From assembly GCA_028023455.1 (NCBI GenBank), contig JAQFVV010000007.1:7936001-8000000 (forward strand): a stretch of DNA of 64,000 bases, in the 5' to 3' direction. The notes under the pieces were generated by a model. The model worked only from the letters and a program-made list of their open reading frames with translations. It searched no databases and was not told the origin of the DNA. Origin of the DNA: Epiperipatus broadwayi (Eukaryota > Animalia > Onychophora). The translations under genes were made by a program, and so were the position numbers. Positions 27,473 to 39,465 of the stretch are shown here, piece by piece. Positions within the stretch are counted from its first letter, which is position 1; every line of letters begins with the position of its first letter.

Positions 27473-28974
27473 GCACATGAAGAATGCCTTTATTTCAAAG
27501 ATTTTAGTTTAAATATATTTCTCTTATGATAAATTAATTTTTGCAAATGTCTATAAAATTTTAACATCATGGTAACTTTTTCATGCTCCACTTGAAAGTG
27601 AGGAATTAAATGGGTACAAACAAAATTTAATTAACTAAATATATTTACAAAATCAAATTTTATCTTGCTTTTCCAAATAATATAATTTTCACCATTTTTG
27701 TAGTATATATTTCAAGAGGCCGGCCACAACATACTCTGCACTCATTTAAAAAATTTTCCAACATCTGAAATTTTAACCAATGCTGCCCTCTTTTTGTGTT
27801 TTTATAAAATCAGTTTTGAAACCCTTTTACATTTCAATTGACCAAATTTTTTCAAACAATTAAATATCATAAAGCAAAAATTTATAACCTATATTATTCT
27901 CCACGGAAAGAAATTGTGCAAGATTAATGAAGACAGGTGCCATATTTGTTGAGTTAAGTATCAAACAAATTAACTTTAAGATTTATATAGTAATAAAAAT
28001 ATTGTGCCTGATAAATAATATAAACAATCTTTAATTATGTATTATTTTTGATAAACAACTTCAGTATACAAAAAATAAACATAAACTACTCATAGGCCTT
28101 GTAGTAACACATATTCCTCCTATACCTAAGATGTGAGTTCATATTTAAACTGATTAAAACTTAAAAAATATATTCACATTCTAATGATGACAAAAATTTT
28201 CTACCAGACAGACTGCTTAAAGTCAATCTAGATGAAAATCTAAGGTTGGTCAGAAAATAGATATTTAGTTTTAGTAAAGGATAAATAAAGATGGAAATCT
28301 GCTCAAATTTTCATTATCTGACATAACAGAATATTTTCTTTTTCATAGTTATGCAATGACAGTAAATATAGAAACCTTTGAATACATATATATATATATA
28401 AATGTAAAACCATAAAACAATACAATACTAGATGGTTTTGCATTTTTATTTTTGCTAGTATAGTGTTAGGCAGGTTTGGTGTTATATATATATATATATA
28501 TCAATAAGTGCAGTGCTAGTAATATATAATTAGTTAAAATGATGTTTTTTTGTAAATGATAAATTTTCCTATCAGTTTACAATAGAAGTAATGCTTGAAA
28601 ATTTTATCATTTATAACTGCAGCATGTGAAAATCTTTGATTTAATATAAATATATATTCAGGACAATATAAATAGGTAGATTGGGAAGAATTCAAACATG
28701 TAGATTTGATACTAATAATCAAAAACCTCATTTACTTTGTCATATCTTAGGATAACAAGTGCAAATTGGGCATTAAACATTAGAGTAGGTTATAAAAGAT
28801 TATGATGGGTCATTTCCAAGCTTACCATCATTTTCAAACACTATTAAATTCACAAAAACATGGATAAATGTTGAGTGGGACATCACTGAACTGATTTCAT
28901 TCATTTCATCCCAATGACACACTTGTATAAATTATAAATGCAGAGACTTCAGACAACTCAAAGAAGTATAGAGA

Positions 28975-29310
28975 GATGCATGTTAGGAATAACAAGAAGA
29001 GAACAAAAACACAATATATGGGTATGAGAATAAACAGGTGTTACTGACCTCACCGAAAAAAATTAAAAGACTAAAATGGAGTTGGGCTGGACATACTGAT
29101 AGAAAAAATGATAACATATGAACAATTGAAATCTTAAACTGGATTCCAAGAGATTGTAAAAGAGACTACATGTGAGATGGATGGATGAAATAAGAAAGTG
29201 TGCAGGGTGATGTGGAGAAGAGAAACTAAAGATCAGAGAAGATGGATTGAACTTGGACAGATCTTCATCCTGCAGTGGATTGCTAATAGTTGAGGATGAT
29301 GATGATTATA
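28975..29310 (+). mobile_element. RTE-clade LINE 3' fragment
   Basis: Reads ..MLGITRR...IKRLKWSWAGH...LNWIPRDCKR...RWMDEIRK...DQRRW...LQW, followed by a (GAT)n tail. Confidence 0.85.
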
Positions 29311-30018
29311 TGAGTAAATAAAAAATCAAAGGATATCATCACTTCTGATGGCCTCTTACCATCATCTATTTAGCTGAGATCTTCCATCTCATTTTCTATC
29401 CAGGAAAGGGCTACTAATTATATAGCTTCTTTGTGTTTTGTTAAAATCAGCTGAGAACTCACACTTGGTTGCTTCTCATAATCATTTCGATATCTTTGTA
29501 AAGTCCATTTCTTACACATTAAAACAATACAGACACCATGCTAATAAATGCTGCAACAAACTGTATTCAATAATAAATTAACAACAAATCCTAAAAACAA
29601 CAAAATTTAAGCTAAAATAAAAAAAATCCTATTTAATATGTTTAATAACTATTTAGGAATATTTATTAGTCTCCTAGCATTTTATAATGAAATGTTCATA
29701 TCAAAAATCTCTTTCCTTTCTATTTTTTCCTAACAAAATAAACAATCAAATAGTTTATTACCAGAAAGAAAAATTCAAACACCAAAAATGATAGAGCTGG
29801 ACTATGATTTATGTACCCTAAGATTCAGGGTTGACCCCCCCCCCCCACCAATTTACCAAATCACACAATGTAAGGTACTTAGTGGTAGCTTATATTGAGT
29901 AAATTAGGATAATATTTCCCTGCACTTATTCACATAAAATTCTGATTCAGTGATTTTTTCTTTTCCTGATTGGCATTGGGCAAGATGATTTTAGATTGTA
30001 TATTTCCTCCTAAACATG

Positions 30019-30020
<2 letters not shown>

Positions 30021-30049
<29 letters not shown>
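30021..30049. repeat. (TTA)n microsatellite
   Basis: About 9-10 perfect units. Confidence 0.95.
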
Positions 30050-30864
30050 GCCAGTATATTTTCATACATATACTGCCTGGTATAATTATAAAATGACCTG
30101 GTAAAAATCTCCATTGTATATACTTAATTAATTAAAGATGAATATATGTGTGTGATTATTGTCTAACAGTCTGAGCCCTATGATTTGTTAACAATCAAAC
30201 ATCATATAATTACCATTCTTTATGCTTATACTGAAGGATGCTGCTGTATGGAGAATTTTGCCTCTGTGATCTGCTAACAACTGGGAATAATAAGAGAAAT
30301 AATAATGTCTTTAGAATAATTCAGATATATCTCCACAATAATCTTGAAAGTTGTTCCAATAGTTAATATACTTCCCTATTTAAGCAATCAGGAAGCTGTT
30401 CTAAATGAGTTTGTAACTGACCAGAAAAAGATGGATTACAGATAAATGATGAATCTAAAATTTGACCATTAGCATCAATGTAATTAATTGTACTTTGACT
30501 ACAAGTAAAATGGACTTTCATATACATTTATTATTCACAAATAGTTTAAAAGTTGCAGACAGACAGAAAGAGATCTCCCTTCTACTATTTTTATATTTAC
30601 TTCTTCTAGACTTAGTTGAAGACAATTCATTTCATACAAGTGTTTCCTCAATCACTAATAGCTATAATGAGTTTACGCAATTTAAACAAAACAATCTCCT
30701 TATAAAATTTCTTATGGAGTTCTTCTACGTAAATCTATAGAATCGCCAACTGATTTCTTTTCCTTTTTATTTTATTCATTTTTTTAAACAATAACTCAAT
30801 ATGCAAAGTTTATATTACCAGCACATCCCCAGGAAGTTTGTGGAATAATATTTTATAGTTCAAA

Positions 30865-31086
30865 TCAGCACATGCGAGCATATGATCCATCTTGAGGTTT
30901 TTCTTTCTTTATTCTATCTAGGATCTCCATTTTTGAAAATCTTCGCATTACAGTTCCGATCTTGGCGGTTGCTTCAACTCCAGAAAGGCTTTCATTATTG
31001 AATGTGGCAGCATACAGAGTGTTGGAGATGGGGTTTGAGCCTGATACGTTAGGTATTTGCCCTGACCTTTCCATTTTTTTCGCCAT
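30865..31086 (-). CDS. 73-aa ORF of unknown function (possibly decayed LINE ORF1 N-terminus)
   Basis: ATG at 31086; GC above background; GGGGCTATAAAAG about 105 bp upstream; NTLYAATF loosely resembles the SYA.. motif at L1/Tx1 ORF1 N-termini. No family securely recognised. Confidence 0.3.
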   Translation of the reverse strand: MAKKMERSGQIPNVSGSNPISNTLYAATFNNESLSGVEATAKIGTVMRRFSKMEILDRIKKEKPQDGSYARMC

Positions 31087-32374
31087 TAAAATTAACAAAA
31101 TTATAAAATTAACTTTGCTGCACTAACGATCCCACTATGTTGATCGTCAATTTCTGCAGGGACAAGAGAAAGAGCATTCTGGGTTCTTTTCTTTTATAGC
31201 CCCTCCATTTGTTCTAGAAGCTTCACGCATTTTCCACTTTCTGACTCTGATTTCTGCCCAACCGGATTTTGATCAGAGTGTGAAGGCTTTTAGCATCTTC
31301 GGTCTTTGTTTTAAAATTCATTTCTTTTAGAAATTTCTAGGCTTTTAGAACATAATTGAAAGAAAATCTCATTTCTTCCCTCTACAACAATTAAACCCAT
31401 TCATACTACATCTATAACATGTCCATGCATACTATTTCAAAATGACAGTGCCCCCCCCAAGTAATAGATTTATTTTATATAACCAACACCATGTAATATA
31501 ACAATTAAGCTATATACCTTAACTATCTATATATAATGACCACCACCTATCATGCTAGTTGTGACCGGGTTTGAACCCGTTCTGTCACAATATAAACTTA
31601 CATTTTTATTCTAGTAGATTTTTAGATAATTACTTTTATTTTCTAAATTATTTGGATAGTCATATATAATGAAAAATATAGAAAATTAAAATCCACGATA
31701 AGAATTAATAAAAAACATGTAGGTAACGAACAAAATAAAGGCCACAACTGCTAAGCAAGTTGAATGAATGAAGCAAAAAAAAATCCCCACCACAGCTATT
31801 GATTCCATTACTGCCACCAATAATCTGCAGTATTTGTTCAGGGGCTCATAAGAACATCTTTTTATATCAATTTCTATTAGTTCAGCTGCGAGGTTCCAAA
31901 CTTTTTTTTCTCCTACTTACAAAAAAAAAAAAAAAAATGCATTCTTTTATACGAGTTCCTTGTTAAATCGCAATTTGTGAATAAAACTTTAAAGTAAGAA
32001 AAGGATTAGAATTAATGGAATGGAATTGAAAATTATCTGGAAAATAAAATTGTAAAAAAAAAAAAAAAATGTCACTAAGTTATATATATCTTTAAGTGTA
32101 ATTTGTATAGTTTAAAATAATCACATAAATAATTACGAAAAAGTCGTATTAATAAATTTTATTTTTCAAAGGACTTTATTTTAAGTATTCAACTTTACAT
32201 TGTAGATTTGTCCACGTATTGAATAAAACATAAATAAATGATAACATTGGACTAATATTATAAACAGCATAAATTAGAGAATGAGAAGAAATTACAGAAA
32301 ATAGGAATGTATATATATTAATAAATTTTATTACGATACTTGAAACATTCTATTTATTTTCTCATAAATACAAT

Positions 32375-32475
32375 GATCGAGTGGCGAATCCTAGAACCTA
32401 GGTCCATGGAGATCTGCTTCATTTTTACCATAGTCCGCTGTTTAAATTTCTTATGAATTCCTGAGCAATAAATTT
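32375..32475 (+). mobile_element. SINE family B copy
   Basis: Core ...AAATTTCTTATGAATTCCTGAGCAATAAA at ~32443-32472. Confidence 0.5.
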
Positions 32476-32606
32476 TTCTATTACTATACTTTTAATAATG
32501 AAATAACTTATTAATATTTTTAATTAACTAATAAAAATGTTCACAGTATTTAATAGCTCTTTCTTGATAATTTTTCGCAAATTCAATTATTTTTTTTATA
32601 TGTCAA

Positions 32607-32677
32607 AGCGTTGACCGGGAAGCGAACCCGGAACGGCTGCTTGGAAAGCAGCTACGCTAACGCTAGGCCACCAACGT
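32607..32677 (-). tRNA. tRNA-Gly(TCC), divergent or pseudogene
   Basis: ACGTTGG TG GCCT AGCGTTA GCGT A GCTGC TTTCCAA GCAGC CGTT CCGGG TTCGCTT CCCGG TCAACGC T; clearly homologous to the eukaryotic Gly-TCC consensus, but with an A1:C72 mismatch, no GG in the D-loop and A58>C. Confidence 0.75.
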
Positions 32678-32847
32678 TTGATTAAACACTCTACTTAGTT
32701 TGGTTAGTATTGATTTTTTTTAAATATTTAAATGTCGTTATGATGTGATATATGGTTTATTTACCAAATAGTTAATTGTTATTGCTTTGTTTCATAGCAG
32801 ACTTTGCATTTAATGTTCTATAAACAGCCCCTATTTTCATCAACTTT

Positions 32848-34594
32848 TTTTTTTTTTATAAAATATAGAATTTTATTCAGAAATTTAGTTACAATATGTG
32901 ATAATAATTAAACATAGGATATATTACATGATAATCAGTGGGATGAAAGCTCACTATTGATATCTTGTTTGACACCAACTAAAAGGACTAATATGAAGCA
33001 TATCAGCAAGGAACGAGTCTGGAATAGTATCCTGTTGATATAGATGACCATGCTTGCATGCCTCATATAGTTCAGCAAGGTCTAATCCTTTGTCCACACT
33101 CTACATGACCAAATTGACCCTTCATACCGGAGGTTACTTCCATAACAACTCAGGATCTGGACAATAATCATGGAGAGCAAGGTAAGTTATCACAAAGGGA
33201 TGCAGGCCATTCAGCCTCAAATTACTCTCCAGGGAAGATTTCTATTTAGGAGTGAAAGGGATCAGTTTTGGGGGCCATATCAATAACCTCCATGTGGCAT
33301 CATAGATGTAAGAGGGGGCCAAATTCTGGTCCCTTTTCCAAATTTTTTCCATTTTGTTAATATAGAGTTCAAGCGGACGCTCTAGTGCATGATTAAAGGT
33401 GAGCCAGCACCATGTGTACCATAGCAAAAACAGTACAAATGCTGTTATTCATATCTCTGGGATGGATCCACATAGTATATTGTCAATGAGAGTCAACAGG
33501 GCAGGTGTATTGTTATTTAACATGGAGGCTATAAGGACTCTGTAGGGATGAAGGGAAACACAGTGGCAGAGGAGGTGAAGACAAGTTTCATCCTCTCTGA
33601 GGCATAGTGAGCAAGTGGACTCTATGTTTGAGAATCCTCGGTGATGCACCAGAAAGTGTTTAGTAGGCAAGGCGTTAATATTTATCTTCATCAGAAAATC
33701 AAAATATTTGGGTTCAAGAAACCATCGCTTAAATTTCTTGATTAGCAGATGGTTGTTAAGCCTGAGGATATTTGATCCTGCAGAAACATCAGGATTAAGG
33801 ATGTAGTATGCATCCCAGAACTTGATTTTCATTGAGGACGATTTTATAGGAAGCATAGTATGTTTGGAGATAAGACATGCGAGGGCTGCCAGCCAGTCAG
33901 TACCAATAGGGGGCAGCTTATCTGTGGGAGTGACCTCTCTGGAATGTGAGTAGTTAGGATATTGCAGACACATTCTGTAGAAAGAATTGTAGGAACATTG
34001 GAATATGAAAGTATCTATGGAATGTAGGGATAATCCATTGAGTTTTGTGTGTTTCTGTAGATTTCTCAAGCTTATGGTTGCACTTCCCCCCCTCTAATCA
34101 GATCAGTGCACATCTTGTGTATTTTCCTGATGAAGACTTTGGTAAAATTGACTACTGGGGTGGAATAGGATATTCTAGGGAATATTAGTATGTTGATGAG
34201 GGAGGAGTTGGTGAACATGGACATGTAAACTTTGGATAGAGAGGATGTGATTCTGTGTGGATTGAAGTAGCTTTCCTTGGATAGATCTCTCCATGGCAGA
34301 CATGGATTCAAATATAGGGAAGCCCAAGAAGTTCTGAGGCTTTGCTGCAAATGGTCCTGGAATGGTCTTATCTGAAGATATATACTAGGCAGATGACTTG
34401 ACCATATTAAATTTGAGGCCGGATTGATAGGAGAATTCTTTAAGTATTGATAAGAGTCTTGGAATTAATTTTTTTGATGGAAGGAAAATGGCCAAGTCAT
34501 CTATATAGGTGATATGATGAATTGATGTATTTAAAATTGGGATATGAATGCCAGGAAGAGATCTCTCAATTTGAAGAAGCAGAGGGTTGAGGTA
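32848..34594 (-). mobile_element. 5'-truncated L1/Tx1-clade LINE (RT C-terminal part + zinc-binding domain), frameshifted
   Basis: 16-bp TSD TATTTTCATCAACTTT (32832-32847, 34595-34610); AATAAA and poly(A) at the 3' end; IYLNPLL..YIDDL..F...SGLKFN..KS (34385-34594); CSLC...ETCLHLLCHC (33449-34069); target TTT/A fits L1 endonuclease preference. Confidence 0.92.
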
Positions 34595-34709
34595 TATTTT
34601 CATCAACTTTATTTAAATTTAATACATTATTTATTATATTTTTTTATTAATTAAGAGAAAGAAAATAGTTTGTGATGATTCAAATGAGAATTAAAAAAAA
34701 AGATAATTA

Positions 34710-35140
34710 AATGATATGTGTGGAGTATACTATTATATGGTTATGATATGTGGACAAAGAGTAATAAAATTAGGAACAGAATGGAAGCCTTTGAAGTGTG
34801 AACATGGAAAAGAATTTTAAAAAATCAGTTGGATAAACAAATGAAATGTTGAAAAGAGTAAATGACAAAAAAGAAGATTATTTGAGGAAAATAGAAAGAG
34901 AAACTAGATTGAACATATATTAAGAGCAAAGTATAGCTTAATGAAAGATGTTTTGGAGAGAAATGGTAGAGGAAGCATGAAGAAAAAGCAGAAAAGATTA
35001 ACATTGTTGAATGATATAAAAGATGGAAACGTTACTTGAAATTGAACAGCTGGCAATGAAGAAAATGGACTGGTAAAATGGATGGAATGGTGATATGATC
35101 ACCTGGGACCTATCTGTGGGACAGAATACTAGTGATGATG
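34710..35140 (+). mobile_element. RTE-like LINE 3' fragment, second family
   Basis: YVWSILLYG..WT...RMEAFEV.TWKRILK motif; ends in (GAT)n. Confidence 0.75.
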
Positions 35141-35519
35141 ATATGATGTTTATATTTTTTATTTAATTTTTTAAAGAATGTATTCATTATTTTAGATGTA
35201 TGTTTATTTATATAGAAGCACTAAGAGAATGAATGTTCAATGGATTTTCAGAAGAAAAAATAAAAATTGATAACCATAAATTTGAAAACCTTGTAAACTA
35301 CTAGGACATCTTGACCTGATTATAATACAGATGAAAACATAACAGTTAAAAAGAATCATAAAATTAAACTTAAATCGAATGCTTGTAGCAGAAATAACTT
35401 AGTCAATGTAATTGAAAATGAAGATCTTTAACATATGTTTTATCCATTCCAACTTATGAATCTGAGACTTCAAAATGAACAGTAGAGCAACACAAATTAC
35501 ACCACTCAATAAAGTATGG

Positions 35520-35850
35520 CAAGATGAGTTTTAGGAGTAACAAGAAAAGATCAAAACTGAAATATTTGGGTGAGAGAACAAGCAGGTATCATTAACATAA
35601 GTGAAGTATTAAAAGTAAAAGGGAATTGGGCTGGATAAATTGTTTATAAAAGATGATAAAAGAAAAATAATTGAAATCATAAAATGAATCCCAAGAGAAT
35701 TCAAAAGACCTAGAAAAAGATCAGATGTGAGATTAATAGGTAAAATAAGAAATTTTGTTTCTATGTTGTGGAAAGTAAATCTATGGATCGAAGAACTGGA
35801 TTAAATTTCAAGAGATATTCATATTAAAGTGAATTGATAATGTATGAAAA
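35520..35850 (+). mobile_element. RTE-clade LINE 3' fragment
   Basis: Diverged homologue of 28975-29310 (LGVTRKD...NWAG...PREFKRPRKR). Confidence 0.7.
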
Positions 35851-38500
35851 AATTACGATGATTGCTTACTTTTATCCTAAGGGATATATCATCATTTGAT
35901 TTTTTTATTATTACTGTTGTAAAAATCAAAGAATAATAACTGTGGAAAATACTAATAATACAAGTACAAAAGAGATAGATGGTAATGACATTTAAATTGA
36001 TAAAACAAAAATCAATAATTTACAATCAACAATAATGTGACCTTATGATTGAATTTATGGAAGATTACAAAGAAAAAGCTTTTAAAAACTGTATATGGAT
36101 AAATATAATTTTTATTAGAAGTATATATTATTATTATTCTCCTTTACTTTCTTTGCATTTCCTCATATATTCATATATATATATATTGCTTATAATAACT
36201 TCTTTCATATACACTTTAATGCAAAAACATTTTTTTTGCATTAAAGTGTATATGAAATAAGTTGTTATAAGCAATATATATAAATATAATTTTTACCTTA
36301 AAGCAGAAGAAAATATTTGTATTTGTTAAATAATAATCATAGTATTATAGTACTATAAATGAAAAAAAGGGATAATAGACTATAAAAATATGATGAATCT
36401 GTGAACTAAACTATATCAATATATAATTTTAGTTACATGCCATCCAAAAATAAACATAAACAAACAAGTGCAAAATAACATATTCATAACTTTAATACAT
36501 TTTGATACTAAATCAATAATTTTTTTTCATTTCTGGGTGCACAATGCAATCTCATTTAATAAACAAATTAAAATTTGTAAATAAATTTTGAAAAATTTTA
36601 AATAATCAATTTTAAACAAAATTGAAATAGATAATTAAAAATGAACAAAAATTTATTACTATAGAAAAAAAAATTATTTAACATCTAACCAGGCTTTATT
36701 CCATATACTTTATCAAGATGTTTCCTCTTTTACAATCACTGACTCTAGAGAACCCTTCACTCAGTGGATACTATTTCTATTATACTACAATAAATATAAA
36801 TAATAAAATATATAAATGCATAAAAATGAATAAATTTTGAAACTTATTACAATCCAATATTTTTGTGTCAAATTTACACAACAATCTAAAAAAATTAATA
36901 TTTTTGTAATATCTCTAAACTTTCCAATAACCTAACAATGTCCATTTCCCCCATATTTGTAACAGGACCTTACCCATGTTTACACATTTATTTAAATATT
37001 TTGGAATATTCTGGTTAGATGTTAAATTTTTTTTATTCATTTTATTTTTTATCTATTTTAATTTTGTTTAATATTGATTATTTAAAATTTTATAAAAAAG
37101 GCAACATTATGGAGAAATTTTAAGACAAAAATATGACCATTTGAAGAATAAATTTCACAATATGCCAATGGACATTTTTTGCATCTTGTAATACTGTACA
37201 CAATCATGTTTATTAATAAAATTCCAATAGTTTATGTTGGAAGCACATACATTTTATTCTGTCATTATTACTCTTTCTAGATGTCATGAACAGTTTTATA
37301 TATATATATTTTAAGCATAATACTAAAAGTTTTACAAAATTTTAGAACATACTTAAAGTTGATACTGACTTAAAAACATCAAAACAATCAAAGAGATCAT
37401 AGTTCCTTAATAATAAAACTACTATTATATTTTTATAAAAGAAAATATTGAAAAAAAAAAAAAAAAACAGAATATATATTTAATTGTGATGAAAATGAAG
37501 CATTTTTCTATTTATTTTATTTAAAAAATAAAAATATGGTACAGTTATAAGTTTTTTTTCTTCTTTTTTCAGTGAATGAAGGAATGAAACACACTCATTA
37601 AAATATATGTAAATGTGGCCCCTCAATTTAGTATTAAAATGATATATTTTTAAAAAAATAATTTATACTATAATCTTAATTTATATATGCACACTATACA
37701 GATAAAAAGCATCTCCATTATAAATATGTGCATGTTGAAAAATAGTATACATTTGTGATTCAATAAAAAATACATCTGCTATTGTAATCAAAGTTTATTA
37801 ATAAAACCAAAACATAAGATACTGTACATAATGTACATGGATGGGGCACGAAATAAAATATAGCAGATATTATAAAACACTGTGTTCATACAGATTGAAA
37901 AACCAGGAAACAATTCAGAATAACTTAAATATTTAGCTATTGGTGTGTTTTAAATAAATATAATAACTGCTTTACTTTGTTATTAAAAATTAGAAAGAGG
38001 TAAAATATTATTTAATATTTAAATAAATAAACTATATATAAATATATTTCACAAAATTGACAATAACAGTAATGTACAAAAAATCTGGATATATATGGCA
38101 ATATTTATAGATTAAAATAGTTAATATTTAATAAAAATAAATATAAAAAAATGAAAAAGTTCCAGTGCTTTTGCTAACAACAATAGAAAAATGTACAAAT
38201 AAATATAATATGTTATTAAATTCATTCTACTGAAATAAAAGCAAATCAACCAAATATAAAAAGCAAAAGTTTACTACAAAAAATGACTGCTTAATATATA
38301 TTATATAGAACAGATTTCAGCAAAAATAGGTTTCAGGAATATCTTCATTTATGCAGATATATAACTTAGAATTTGATAACCCAATGCTGGTACACTATAT
38401 ATCTAGAATTATAAAAAATATCATAATAAAAATATTTTTATTAATTAATTATTTCTTATATTATTATAATGACCATGAAAGCCTCATTAGAGTCAATAAA

Positions 38501-38943
38501 TACCATATAATACTAAATTGTCCAACACTTTACTGCTGTTACACAATGCTTTATTTACCACCCTTTCTTACAGTTTACAGTTTTGATTGCCCCAGCAAGC
38601 AACTTCAGAACTTTATATCTCCTAACCTCACACTTTCTTACAGTTTACAGTTTCAATTGCTTCAGCAATCTTCTTTAGAACATTATATCTCCTAACCTCA
38701 ACTGAAGCTAGGTTAGAAGATATAAAGTTCTGAAGAAGATCGCTGGGGCAATCAAAACTGTAAACTGTAAGAAAGGTTAGGAGCTATAAAGTTCTGAAGA
38801 AGATTGTTGGGGCAATTGAAATTGTAAACTGTAAGAAGGGTGGTAAATAAAATATTGGGTAAAAGTAGTAAAGTGCTTGGACAATTTAGTATTATATGGT
38901 ATACGTTTGACAATGCAATAAGAAAAAGTAGTTATTATACTTC
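38501..38943 (+). mobile_element. Palindromic element with four tandem hammerhead motifs
   Basis: Arms 38500-38697 / 38711-38902; 41-bp unpaired tail 38903-38943; TSD TAGAGTCAATAAA (38488-38500) / TAGAATCAATAAA (38944-38956); two hammerhead units per arm. Confidence 0.85.
38788..38830 (+). ncRNA. Type I hammerhead motif with intact core
   Basis: AAAGTT-CTGAAGA-A-GATTGT(tggg)GCAATT-GAAA-TTG-TA-AACT; sister copies at 38724-38766 (+), 38641-38685 (-) and 38571-38615 (-) each carry core substitutions. Confidence 0.7.
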
Positions 38944-39137
38944 TAGAATCAATAAACCTACATTTAAAAAAAGTGACAACTCCTATGCACATTCAATGTG
39001 GTAAATTAATTAACAATTCACACAAAGACTACATTTTTAATCACAAGAAGCACCATGAATAAAAAAATAATTCATCACATGACCTTAGCTTACATACACA
39101 TTGTTATTCATTAGAAATTTCTTCTACTCTAATTACT

Positions 39138-39465
39138 TTTATACTATCTAATAAGTAGATTCCAGATGGTAGTGCTTACTAAACCCTTATCTAGTGTTAT
39201 ACTGTCCAAACATCCCCAGACTTGTTTCTAGCTTATAATAAGAGCAAAAAGTAAAAAAAAAAAACTACTAGAGGAAAAGTGCTTTAGATACAAACACCCC
39301 AAAGCTTCTCAATTATGAAAGCCATAGCTAGAAATTACTTTGGAATATTTGGATAGGATAATAATTTAATAAGCACTACCATTTAGCATCTTTTCATTAT
39401 CGAAGCTTACACTAGATGGCATAAAAGTAGCGACAATAAAAAAAATGTCCAATATAAAGTAATAT
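39138..39465 (+). mobile_element. Decayed palindromic member of the 53-kb hammerhead family
   Basis: Arms ~39133-39235 / ~39315-39430; right arm TATGAAAGCCATAGCTAGAAATTACTTTGG matches the 53-kb hammerhead; possible 8-bp TSD TAATTACT (39130-39137 / 39466-39473). Confidence 0.6.

Noticed and set aside
38351-38992. 114-aa and 71-aa ORFs
   Set aside because: Read through the hammerhead palindrome; repeated peptides mirror the DNA repeat.
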